Shown here one piece after another: positions 37,301-48,899 of a stretch of 64,000 nt of DNA (within the stretch, counting starts at the first letter, position 1; every line of letters begins with the position of its first letter). A program made the position numbers and the translations under genes. Origin of the DNA: Tubiluchus corallicola. Its lineage: Eukaryota; Animalia; Priapulida. The notes below the pieces were generated by a model that had not been told where the DNA came from, did no database searches, and saw only the letters and a program-made list of their open reading frames with translations. The stretch spans positions 62,001-126,000 of the forward strand of contig JAQGDQ010000498.1 of NCBI GenBank assembly GCA_030141605.1, read 5' to 3'.

Positions 37301-40300
37301 GCCAGGTTCTAAAGTTAGGGGGAGCAGGCACATAAACAAGGCACCGTGACAGGGGGGTAGCCAGGGTCTAAAGTTAGGGGGAGCAAGCACATAAAAAAGA
37401 CACTGTGACAGGGGCGTAGCCAGGGTCTAAAGTTAGGGGGAGCAGGCACATAAACAAGGCACCGTGACAGGGGGGTAGCCAGGTTCTAAAGTTAGGGGGA
37501 GCAGGCACATAAACAAGGCACCGTGACAGGGGTGTAGCCAGGTTCTTAAGTTAGGGGGAGCAAGCACATAAACAAGGCACCGTGACAGGGGGGTAGCCAG
37601 GTTCTAAAGTTAGGGGGAGCAAGCATATAAACAAGACACTGTGACAGGGGCGTAGCCAGGTTCTAAAGTTAGGGGGAGCAAGCACATAAAAAAGACACTG
37701 TGACAGGGGCGTAGCCAGGTTCTAAAGTTAGGGGGAGCAAGCACATAAAAAAGGCACCGTGACAGGGGCGTAGCCAGGTTCTAAAGTTAGGGGGAGCAAG
37801 CACATAAACAAGGCACCGTGACAGGGGGTAGCCAGGTTCTAAAGTTAGGGGGAGCAAGCACATAAACAAGGCACCGTGACAGGGGCGTAGCCAGGTTCTA
37901 AAGTTAGGGGGAGCAACAGGGTCTAAAGTTAGGAGGAGCAAGCACATAAACAATGCACTGTGACAGGGGGGTAGCCAGGGTCCAAAGTTAGGAGGAGCAA
38001 GCACATAAACAAGGCACCTTGACAGGGGTGCAGTCAGGTTCTATAGTCAGAGGCAGCAAACACATAAACAAGGCACCGTGACACATTTACCGAACAATTT
38101 TTAAGGCATTGATTGTACATTTAATTTTGTGTTTAAAATGCTGTGACAAGAATATATTATAATAATAGTTACATAATGATAGTTCATAATTACACTCATG
38201 TCTCGGTTTGCCGGACTAAAGCGGGAAGACATCCATCCAAGTTTGCTAATTGTCCCTATTTAGAAGCGAATTTTCTATCTTTTCATACCCTTTTTAGGAA
38301 AGCCAATCAGAAATCATTATATCTACGGAGAACAGATTACATTTCGTAACGACGAAACACGAGAGATTCGATTCGTCCGCAATCTTGCAAATATAATCAA
38401 AGCTGAATTGGTTAGAGACGTCTGCGGAATGTTGAACTCTCAACAAGGAGGTGAGAGTGAGATTTTGTTTAACTCATGGCTCTAAGAAATCTGTTACATG
38501 GTTACAGAATGAGAGAGCTACATTTTGTAAGGCTCAGTATATTATTTTCGAATGTGAATTGTGAAAGTCGTGTTTGAAGTTGTAGATCCCTCACTTTGTT
38601 ATGATTGAGTTTAGGCACAGAAGTATGAACAAGAATAAAAAAATCTATAATACATATTTGCACTGCACACAACAGAAAAGTGTTTATTAAAACTACAGAC
38701 ACATGAGCAGCATGACTGCTGCACTGAACACTGAGAGTGAGAGTGACTAGAAAGCAAAACCAGTCAGTATATATAGGTACAGGTGACCTATGCAGACGTG
38801 CACAGGCTTCACAAAAACATTACTTTAAAATAGGGAGAGAACCAGTGAATATGCATTCACTGGACCATACACAATTATACTGGGGGTAAGTTAGCTGGTA
38901 GAATGTAACAGGATTAGCTCATAGATGGCAGCACCTAATTAAAATGTACAATTCCAACTTCCACATGAATCGAATTCGAATTCACTTTCAAAGATTTCAA
39001 ATAAGTTTTTGAATCAGAAGCAGTCTTGCTAAGATCGTTTATTTTACTTGATTTTGTCCTGCGGTAAAAACACTGATAGTTTGTTATAAAATAGCAGCTA
39101 AATTGAGCTCATTGCTTGATGTTTCAAACGTTTTTATGATAACGAATGTACGTGGTTGAAATGGTGGCGAGAAATGTGCATTTCTTATGATTTGTGGAAA
39201 CCTCATTACTATTGCCGCACCATATTTTTTTGGGATTCTTCCCTCTCCCGTACCCCACCCCACGAAAACATTTTGTACAAATTAAGTAGTTTTTACATAA
39301 TTTTTTTAATGGAAAAATAAACGATACTGAAAAACAAGATGGCGGAGGTAATAAGGATCGAGAAACATTTGATGTCAGATGATAGAAAAGAAGGATGAGT
39401 GTGTAACGTGTGCACGTTATTCCATGCAGGTGTCATTTATTACGGATTTGATGAAACCTACAAGGTAAGGGGAATCGTCCTGTTACGGGAACAGCGTGAT
39501 GAGTTTCGAGTTGGACTTGATTGTGTCATGGAGGACAAACTCGTGCCTCTTGTTAAATACATGCTATACGAGGTGAGTTGTTTAAATGCACAACTTTGTG
39601 GTTTTGTTTTGCTTTAGTAAAGGTGGAGCTTTTATGAGATAGAACACTCATGTCTCTGTTTGTCGGACGAATGCGGGAAACGTCGGTCCGAATTTCCGAT
39701 TGTCCATAATTACCATTACTAAGCTAATACAGTAGGAGTCATGCGTTGGACTTACTGTAATGTAGAATCAATCGCCTGATTGTCTCAAAAACGTCTAGTA
39801 TGGGCTCCTTCTACGCAAAAATAGATAAAAACTGTCAGCAATTGTCTCAAATAACTCTGAATAATTACAAGCTGTTATTACATGCTGCTTGGTTACACTG
39901 ATGTAATGATGTAAACAAAGTGAAGACCTGCCATCTAGCGGTCAGCTTGCAAAACGTCGGACTGTATCCGTTGCATGCAGAACTTTTAACGGTCCAAATT
40001 TTGTCTGATTTTTCCTATATCCATAAAAGCGGGTTCCGGCAAACCGAATTATGAGTGTAATTACACTTAAAATGAAGTATCAAATCACACTGTGTTTTTA
40101 AATAATTTATGCACATAGGAACCTTCATTCACTTTAAGCAGTTAGTCATACATGTTAGTCCACATAACATTTTATATGGATTTACAGGAAGAAAATGCTT
40201 CCAGTGAGGGATGTTCTCTGTAATTACCATTGCATGGCACTCCCACATTAACCTCTTGATTATGTTTTGTTAATGGGGGTTGTTTACTAATTCACTACTG

Positions 40301-41072
40301 GTTAAAATACTACTTGAGACTAAAAATTGTTGAGAGAGCCTGGTAATTTGATATCTGTAGGTAAATAATTAATGCAAAATCTTACGTAATAAGCATATGA
40401 TTTAAAAAATTATTGATTTTGTGGAATTTGATAATTTATGCAAAAGAAATTGTTACGTTAATTAGGCGGTAAATGTGGATAAGGAAAAATTTTGTGGTGT
40501 AGAAATGGTGATTTTATTGTATTTTGTTCATAAAAGACTTGAATGAGACAAAGCTTATCGGAGTTTGACCTTTGCTTACCTTGTAGTATAGAGATGGGCT
40601 GTAACTAACAGCTAAAACATTAATTATAATCAAAGAATGATTACCGTTGCTTTTTTACTTTTTAAATATTGACTGTAACCGTAAACCTTTTCAGTTTGAC
40701 TACAAAGTGTGTATGGTACATTTGGGTGATTATCTATCAACATTGTTTCTAAATTCATTGAATGAATCTTTACTTTAAACCTTCTTGTTCTCACAGGTGT
40801 GTTACGTACCAGTTGCCGATCCATGCGGATTTGGTAATGTGGATGGCAAAGTCTACTTTGAAAACAGGTTTGTCATAGAAATCCACGTAAGCAAACAGAA
40901 TATTTGTACGTTTGGCTTGAGTTCTGGTCAGTGTTACGTTCGTTCTTCCGGGAAGACAGAGACGGTAGATGCACCTACGCTTCGTAACTTAGTCGCCAAG
41001 GTTACTGAAAAAGCTTGTTTAGATGAAATCAATCATCTAGAAAATGAGATTGCTCTTTTAACATCCAAGTAA
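28359..41072 (+). CDS. Uncharacterised ARM-like helical protein with C-terminal Schlafen/AlbA_2 domain and vestigial extended-Tudor segment, ~665 aa, 10 coding exons
   Basis: Exons 28359(acceptor 28324)-29091, 29894-29980, 31527-31700, 32641-32778, 33806-33941, 34805-34889, 36541-36613, 38298-38450, 39430-39572 and 40797-41072 are all GT-AG and phase-compatible, 1998 nt, with no internal stop. The C-terminal YIYGEQITFRNDETREIR..VCGMLNSQQGGVIYYGFDETYKVRGI..FVIEIHV..GQCYVRSSGKT matches the AlbA_2/SLFN pattern. The true start may lie in an upstream exon because the frame is open back to the acceptor. Confidence 0.85.
29188..29742 (+). mobile_element. Non-autonomous DNA transposon, copy 2 of the 15243-15910 family
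   Basis: Colinear similarity to 15243-15910; ends in TTCCTGTTTTCCTTTAA. Confidence 0.6.
30653..31035. mobile_element. MITE, inverted copy of the 20-418 family
   Basis: AATAAACCTTTTCATAGT ... ACTGTGAAAAGGCTTATT termini; internal reverse-complement similarity to 20-418. Confidence 0.65.
34056..34691. mobile_element. hAT MITE with an internal 42-bp tandem repeat
   Basis: Perfect 8-bp TSD GTTGTGAA (34048-34055 and 34692-34699); degenerate TIRs CGAGGCTTTGGAATC / GACTCCATAGCCATG; GACTCC subterminal motifs; 42-bp units at ~34150-34450. Confidence 0.8.
35650..35908. repeat. 33-bp minisatellite (~8 units) replacing the left end of a MITE copy (35905-36228)
   Basis: Unit TGCAGTGTTACATTATAGTGCTGCATGTGCGGG. 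Confidence 0.92.
36614..36915. repeat. 42-bp minisatellite (~7 units) starting exactly at a splice donor
   Basis: Unit GTATTGTTTTCAAACTCTTGTCATAGCAGATTTTGGTCATGC; the first unit begins at the exon 36541-36613 donor. Confidence 0.93.
36996..38082. repeat. 59-bp satellite (~18 units) built on a hAT-like TIR
   Basis: Unit CAGGGGCGTAGCCAGGTTCTAAAGTTAGGGGGAGCAAGCACATAAACAAGGCACCGTGA. Confidence 0.95.
39644..40058. mobile_element. MITE (related fragments at ~850-1070 and ~38170-38260)
   Basis: ACACTCATGTCTCTGTTTGTCGGA ... TCCGGCAAACCGAATTATGAGTGT inverted termini; shared CGGTTTGCC(G/A)GAC..AAGCGGG motif. Confidence 0.6.
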
Positions 41073-41435
41073 GAGTATATAATTATTGATGAAGATTTAT
41101 TACAATTTATCTTCCAAATGTTTCATCAACATCAACGGATAAATTAATGTATTGGATATTTGAATTTATCGAAGCATCAAACAAAATGAAAATAAAATTG
41201 GCGAATTTTCTTGCAGCCTTGAAATTTTATGTGAACGCTTTGTTCGGTTACCTCTAGGTTAAGTGAAAAAAATTAGCACAAATGGACTTCCATTCATGTG
41301 AAATCTACTATCAGTAACTAATTATGCAGTATTACTGTCAAGTTTATTCACCAAGCCACACCTACTGCTTCAACTAATTATCACTATAAAAACCTTTTGC
41401 TTTACTATTTGAAAAAAATTGATAAATAAAAAAAA

Positions 41436-42065
41436 TGAGTCTAATATTGGCTACATTGAGTCTAATATTGGCTACATTGAGTCATTTATTGGCTACACTG
41501 AGTCTAATATTGGCTACATTGAGTTTAATATTGGCTACACTGAGTCTAATATTGGCTACATTGAGTCTAATATTGGCTACACTGAGTCTAATATTGGCTA
41601 CATTGAGTTTAATATTGGCTACACTGAGTCTAATATTGGCTACACTGAGTCTAATATTGGCTACATTGAGTCTAATATTGGCTACATTGAGTCTAATATT
41701 GGCTACACTGAGTCTAATATTGGCTACACTGAGTCTAATATTGGCTACATTGAGTCTAATATTGGCTACATTGAGTCTAATATTGGCTACATTGAGTCTA
41801 ATATTGGCGACATTGAGTCTAATATTGGCTACATTGAGTCTAATATTGGCTACATTGAGTCTAATATTAGCTACATTGAGTCTAATATTAGCTACATTGA
41901 GTTTAATATTAGCTACATTTATTCTAATATTGGCTACATTTATTCTAATATTGGCTACATTTAGTCTAATATTGGCTACATTTAGTCTAATATTGGCTAC
42001 ATTGAGTCTAATAGTGGCTACATTTATTCTAATATTGGCTACATTGAGTCTAATATTGGCTACAA
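41436..42065. repeat. 21-bp minisatellite (~30 units)
   Basis: Unit GAGTCTAATATTGGCTACATT. Confidence 0.97.
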
Positions 42066-42732
42066 TTTAGTTTTAGTCTATAAATTACTACAGATATCTT
42101 TTGCTTTGCATGAAATATTTGGAAACTAAATTGTAACAAGATTCCTCATTTGTTTTCTTATTGTCATTTTACTTTACGTCAAGCTTTCACATTTTGCCTT
42201 GAGCTTTGTTATGTGAAATGATTCTTCGGTTCAGTCTGAAAGAGTCACTGTTGACTTTACCCTTGCAGTTCATCGGTGTACAGTGTATCATCGGTCTGGA
42301 GGGTGAATTCATAAGCTGATTGTACTGTTTGTGTCAGAAGTAAAAACTGCTTTTGATCTGTGAACAATTTTGTAATTTTTGTTTTCCTCCACCATCTTGG
42401 ATGTATTTTCCATTGTTTGTAGCATTTTTTCTGCAAAGCGTTTTTCATCTATATGCCAACTGGCTTGTGTTTGTTTAGCTGCTCATTTTGCTCGTTCTGT
42501 TCCATTGTTAATGCAGTATGTTCTTTTCATACCAGTTCATTTTCCTAAAATCAAAGTAAAAAAATCTAAGTAGTCAAGTTCCTCACCTGCAGTTTTTTGT
42601 ACATTTTTGCAATTTTTATCTATGTATAATCTTCTACCTTTTGTATATAAAAAGTATTTCATGCATCAATGTAATGTATACCCGTGAAATTATTACCCCA
42701 GGTCTATATATACAATGATATGTATTAAAACA

Positions 42733-42888
42733 ATAGAATTCGGAATAGAGGGAACCAAGCATTTCCTGCATAATAGAATTCCGAATAGAGGGAACCAAGC
42801 ATTTCCTGATAGAATTCGGAATAGAGGGAACCAAGCATTTCCTGCACAATAGAATTCGGAATAGAGGGAACCAAGCATTTCCTGCATA
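42733..42888. repeat. ~40-bp tandem repeat (4 units)
   Basis: ATAGAATTCGGAATAGAGGGAACCAAGCATTTCCTG(CA..). Confidence 0.9.
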
Positions 42889-43304
42889 GTAAACTTAAAA
42901 GTTTTGTAGATTGAAAGAGATTTCAGTATGTACTTGTCATGATTTCACGTACTAGATGGGACCCGTACAATCAGCTATATGCTTGATTATATGTGACAAA
43001 TCTGTATTCTAAATTTCATGAAAACACACGAACTGAGATAATATCATGAATGTTATTACATAGAGGGGGCACTGTTAGAAATATATTTTGATGTCAGAAA
43101 ATGTTTCAAATGGTGCCCTCTGCTGAGACAGAGATTCAGAGATCATAAATTATAATTTAGCGGATTGGATTTCTCTTCTAGTAAAACTGTGAAAAGTTCA
43201 TATATGATGAAAACACTTCAGAAGATGAAGTAAGATGGAGTAGCAAAGCAAAAATTTTACAATGTACAAAAGTATGGCTCTAATTTTCTAATTACTTCAC
43301 TAAA

Positions 43305-44783
43305 TTAGTCCTCTAATGCACCACGAACTCTACTTCGCAACTTGTATCGTTCAAGTGCTTCTGAAGCGATTTCAATGTCTACATCACTGACATCTTTATT
43401 TGATTCATCAATATCTACATTTGGTTGTAGACGTCCACATTTCTGAAGTATTGCAAGCCGAGAAAAGTATGCCTGCACTTGTTTCGGAGTAAGCCAACTT
43501 TCCTTTGGTAGCTGTTTCAGTCTTTTAGAACCTGCCACTGGATCTTCTTTCCTACCTGTTTCTACACCTTTATAGAATTCATTAAGTAGGAATTTTTTAG
43601 TAGCATCAGTAAACTTTTTACGTGGTGCAGTTTTTCTCAAAGCCCAACCTGGATTCAAGACAGATACACTAGGACCGGGAGGGATGTCCGAAACTACAGC
43701 TGTTTGTGTAAGCGTCTGATGGTGGGATATTTCAGTTACACGAGATTGCCAATCACGAGCTATTTTATCCAACCTTGAGTCAGTAACTTTTATCTCAGTA
43801 TGCCTGCCTATGGAAAGGTGATGGGTCAGTGCCTCTTCAGTAGTGAAAGTATTTTTACATGTCTCCTCAGTACAAGCAAATTTCTCATCAGTGGGTAGTT
43901 TAACTGATCCTGTGGCAACAACTGGTGCATGATAAGGTAGAACTGAGTAGGAAGTTGGACCTTGCACTTCAGAATTTTTTAACAATTTACTGTAAGGGAA
44001 GTAAGTGCCATCACCAATACCATAAGCACTCCAAACACGAATCCCATCTTTTTCATAAGAAAAATTGTTGAACTTAGTGATACCTGCCCAAGCGGGGGGA
44101 TCAGTAGTCATCGCGCTTTCATTCAGTGTCAGCACAGTCACGTAGCAGCCTCGTACTCCACCGTATGATTGGCAAGCATCCATCATTTGACCAGCAGTTG
44201 TGACGTCATGACCTTCATTGACGTAGCGTAATATGTGGCTCTTCAGACTTGCAATTCTCCGATCACAAATATCCTTACCAGCTTGTGCCTCGCTGAAGTC
44301 ATACTGTTTGAAGTTTACATTTTGGCGCTTGCCCAAGGCTGGTAATGACAAAATAGTACTCGCACTATGGTAACATCCTGCGTTATCTGATCTTACATAA
44401 ATATTCAGGATATGCGAGAGAATCTCCTTGAGCTTTGCAGTAGTGGATTCGAGAACAGAGATAACGCTAAACCAATTTTGACTACATGATTTCTCCACCA
44501 AATGGACAAAACAGTGAATGATAAATTCTTCGTTCATGTTGGTGACCACAGCTGAGAAGTGCCAAGAAATGCCTTTCTTGGCGAACCATTCCTGTTTTGC
44601 CTCTCTGTACCTAGTAGGTAGAAATTTCATGGCCCAGTCCATTGTAATTAAGGCATTGTCGGGTCCAAGATTATCCAATACTTTTACTTTACTTAGTTCC
44701 TGATTCACACTACGTAGACAATGTGACTTAAAATTCAATACACTGTTCTTGGCCTGATGGCAATCGTATTTCATTTCGTCCAC
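43305..44783 (-). mobile_element. 5'-truncated DDD transposase, Sola-like (probably Sola3), with C-terminal C2H2 and HTH-like regions
   Basis: 492-aa open frame with MDWAMKFLP..YREAKQEWFAKKGISWH, SDNAGCYH and GKDICDR motifs, then CTEETC..H..H; the superfamily assignment is from recalled motifs. Confidence 0.7.
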
Positions 44784-45179
44784 ATTCTCTGTGTTTCTGT
44801 GATGTAGGCAAACACTCGTTCATTAGCTTATATACTTTTAAGTGTTCCATATTTATTATTACATGTAAATGGTTTGTTATGACACTCTTATCACCTCGAC
44901 AGCCATAATGATGCTTCTTTCAGTGTTATTTTGCACTAGTCAACCCCATAAAAGCCTATTTTAGTTATACATTTTTGTGCTGCCACACTATATATATATA
45001 TATATATGCAGCCACACGACATGCTCTCAAAACAGTGGCAGAAACCTTTACAAATTCACCAACAGTCCCCTTCTAGTAAGCATTATAAAACTTGAAATGC
45101 TCTGCGATATCATTTAGCTCTGGACTATAGGGGCACTCTAGTGCAGCTTTGCACTCAGCGTACATTTTATCTTTAGGCA

Positions 45180-47522
45180 TCTGTGGTCCTACTAAATTAT
45201 TTAACAATGCACGATTGTACGATGAGTTACGAATGGTCGACTACTTTTTGCCAAGATCATGATCTCAGATGCTGGTGGCAAGATAACATGTCAGGGTCAC
45301 GGGTCACAGAAACATCCAACAAACGTTTAACGGCATAATTAAACGTGTTTATTAACCCTAACATTAAAATTGGAATCAAAAGAGCTCAAACTACTATCTT
45401 AAAACGTGGTCCCGACATTAGACAAAGACATTTCTAATTAGTGGCGCACCAAGCTTTCAATGCGCAATGACAAGCACACATTTGTTTAATAACAGGGCTG
45501 GCCCTGACAAAAATTTTTAAGGCAAGAGATGATGGGCACTGGTACTCCGTTTCGGTATGCTATCACTGGTGCTCCTTCTACAGTCACAGCACTACGCCAA
45601 TGGATAACATTAGCTGGTCGTAAGAAATTGATACCTAAAATCATAGCATCATCGCACTCTGCTACGATGAACTGAAGCTTGACATTCCTTGTATCAGATA
45701 CAGGAATTGTAATAACAGTAGTGCCATGCACTTTCAAACTAATGCTTTGATCTGCAGCTATCAAGGTAAAGCACAAAAGTAATTCCAGCCTGCTGTGCAG
45801 CTTTTAAACTGATTAAAGAATGTGTGGAACCTCCATCTAATATAGCTAATATTTTGCTCTGACCCAGAATCAGTTTCACACCCAAGCTATCATCGCTGTT
45901 AATTTGTCTGCTTAAAGTTGCAGAAGTTGTATCAGATTTCATGGCTGTTGGAGATTTAGCTAAAGTACAGTCGTGACCTATGTGTCCCTTTTGTTTACAT
46001 GCATTACACGTGGTATAACATTTTCGTGCTTGATGACCCCTTAATCCACACTTGAAACATTTCATGCAAGCTTCTGGTGCATGCCCTGGCTTTTTGCAGT
46101 ACTTGCAAACTATGCTAGACTGAAGTGGCTTTTCGTGATGAGCAGTCTTATTAAAATGACGTCTTGCTGTAGGTTGCCGTCTCCGTTCAAGACTATTTTC
46201 TTGCTTATTAACCACACATTTCATAATGAGAACACTATTTGATTTTTTATTAGCTGCTTCGGGTGTATGAATGTCAGCTTCATGAAACTTTGTGCACAGT
46301 TCTGGTTTAAGATCCTCTAGAAACGTTGTACACAAAAACGGTCAATCACACTAGCATCAGTTATTTCAGGATTAGCCGCCTGAAATAGTTTCTTAAGATT
46401 GCTTGCATATGTGAATGGTGACTCATCTCGCTTCAGAGTTGCTGATTAAACTGGGTAAGATGCAATAACTGTGCTTGCTCAGGGCGAAAAATACACTTTA
46501 GGTTTGCTTTCAGCTGTTCATAATCATTATCTGCATCAGGTAGGGTTGTAGGAAGCCGAGTAGACCACTGAGCCAAGTAGACCACTGAGCCAAGTAGACC
46601 ACTGAGCCAAGTAGACCAAGTAAAACCGATGCGCTAAAAGTGGGCAGCCCAAGTAGGACACTAGCGATTTTTGTCGAGAATCGGTAATTTTGTCAAATTT
46701 TTGAAAATTCTGTGAAAGTTTCTTCATTTTATTAAAAATTGTGCTTGATGGTTGAGTTGTCGTCAGTTTGGCGTCATGAAAACTTGCTTGACCAGGTGTT
46801 TAACTCAGCATGCAGTACGCAGGTATTGTTTTGCGATGACTTTTGTAACTCGTTCACTCAACGAGAGTTTGTTTGGTAACAAAGCAGCTCATTTAGCAGT
46901 CTAACATTGTTCAGCAGTATGGTTATAATAGAGAAGAATTGAAACAATACTACAGGAAAATGTCAATCATTGAAGTCGTGTTATGCAGCCTGTTGTTATG
47001 AGTGCTAATGATGATGCCAAATTGATGGCTCACCACCTGATTGGATGTTACCGACTCATAAACTTGCAACGGAATTTGGAGTTTTGCAAGGACGGTTTTC
47101 TGCTGGAGACTTAGATGAGTTTTCATGGACAGTATCAGCAGACTGTTCATTGCATCTAAGTTTACGTGCCACAGTGAAGAAATTTCTGCCTCACAACCGT
47201 CTTATCAATTCGCGATCTGTCTCTAGTGTCCTACTTGGGCAGCCCAAGTAGACCAATTGGTATACTTGGCTCAGTGGTCTACTCGGCTCCCTACAAGGGT
47301 ATCTAATGTATTCTCTGCTTCACCATGCAGCAAGGCTGGCAATACTTGGAATTTCTTAGCATCATCCCAGTTATTCGCTATTGCTACTCGTTCAAATCTC
47401 TTAATAAATTTATCAAAGTCTGAACTGCCATCGAAGCTCGGTGTCTGTACTACCGGTAATGACGCTACAGGAGCTGCTGGGACTCCAGCTACATTACCAC
47501 CATCTGGCTCTTGATCGCCCAT
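45180..47522 (-). mobile_element. Degraded Ty3/Gypsy gag-protease fragment
   Basis: Gag N-terminus (PSFDGSSDFDKFIKRFERVAIANNWDD), three CCHC knuckles (CKYCKKPGHAPEAC, CFKCGLRGHQARKC, CNACKQKGHIGHDC), protease ILDGGSTHSLI..DAMILGINFL; frameshifts and an internal insertion. Confidence 0.88.
46547..47295. mobile_element. 749-bp non-autonomous TIR element with TGT..ACA ends (Ginger2/TDD-like) inserted in gag
   Basis: TIR TGTAGGAAGCCGAGTAGACCACTGAGCCAAGTA / TACTTGGCTCAGTGGTCTACTCGGCTCCCTACA; 5-bp TSD AGGGT; removal restores gag (ENTLDTL|PDADNDYEQLK). Confidence 0.85.
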
Positions 47523-48899
47523 AATGGTATGCTATTTGCTTGCTATGTTATCTTACCATAAAATGTTATTTTCGCTAACAGTAAATGCTATTATTCATCA
47601 CCATGCCAGCTAAAAGCACCAGACGCTGCTATACCGCCAACCTGGTCCAATCATAACCATGCTTGCTATCGTCGCTGTTTCACTACTGCTTTCAAATTGC
47701 TGTTAAAACACTATAATAACATTTTATCCTTGATCTTGGATCCCTGATCCCACTGCTGTTTGTTATGGTTCTTTATTAAAAAAAGACAATTGTTTGCAAG
47801 CAACCAATACATAAATTGGATCTTGTCACGAAATTGCTTTGTTATAAAATTACGCCATTTTGCACGAGGTCTCCTCATTGCACAAATCAGCTCCATTCTA
47901 CTAATTGCCTTTACAATTTTACGTTAAGTTACCACAAGACTCTAGCAAAGCAACATATTTTATACTATATACTCACAAGTCCCTTGTGATTAGTCACTAT
48001 ATGATGATTTAGAACAGCGGAAGTAGTACACAATTCACCGCACACTGGACAGTAGTACACAATTCACCGCACAAAGGACAATGTTTGACAATAAAATTTG
48101 CTCTACCATAGGTCACCAAAACGTCAAGGTTGAGGTAATCTAAACATAAGCAAATCAAATAACCAGCTAAAAACAATGTAAATACAATTTCATACACGCT
48201 ACGTACAACCAAACCGTACTCGTATAATCAAACTACACGAATGACACCTACTGTTCAAACCCCCTGGTAGCACGTCAACCGAAACCAAACTGCGCAAAAT
48301 CTGAAGGCGCGAAATTTACAGACGTGGCTGCTACACGCGAGTTCAACAAGCAACCTGTCATGTTTCGCCCTACATTTAATAGTTCTCACATTATGCTTAT
48401 GCAACATTAAGCCCTATTCACACTGCATGTTTAATTAATTGATATGTATGATATTTAACTACTGGCAGTGATAGTTAATTGTATTATTTGTTAGGATGTG
48501 GGCGTCTATTAACAAACCCCCTTTTGAATTCCGTCTGACCCGCTCTTGTCTGCCCTATCGCGGCTATAATGCAGTGGCTAAGTCAAGGTTAACGATAGTG
48601 CACAGGTGAATAAAATTATAGCTGTTTAAGCGAGTGGCTTCTCGATGAACTTCGTTCAACACTGTTTAGATATAGACAGCAACTTGAAACAGAACGAGAC
48701 AGGTCGTTTACTTGTCTCTGTGAGAGACAAAGGCTTTGTTATTAATACTGTAGTTGTCAATTTCTGAAAGCTTCTGACACTTTTAGTCTTGTCCATAACA
48801 TTCGACAACTGATGTGGGGACACTTTAACACAAGTTAAAGTTCAGTTACCTGCAACTCGCTTCTAATTGTGTTAGACATACTTGGCTCTTATGGGGCTC

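Noticed and set aside
38915-38935. CTCF-like motif TAGATGGCAGCA (also near 14685)
   Set aside because: A short motif common in MITE remnants; not supportable without binding data.
41419-42070. ESNIGYI / SLILATL repeat ORFs
   Set aside because: 21-bp minisatellite downstream of the gene's stop codon.
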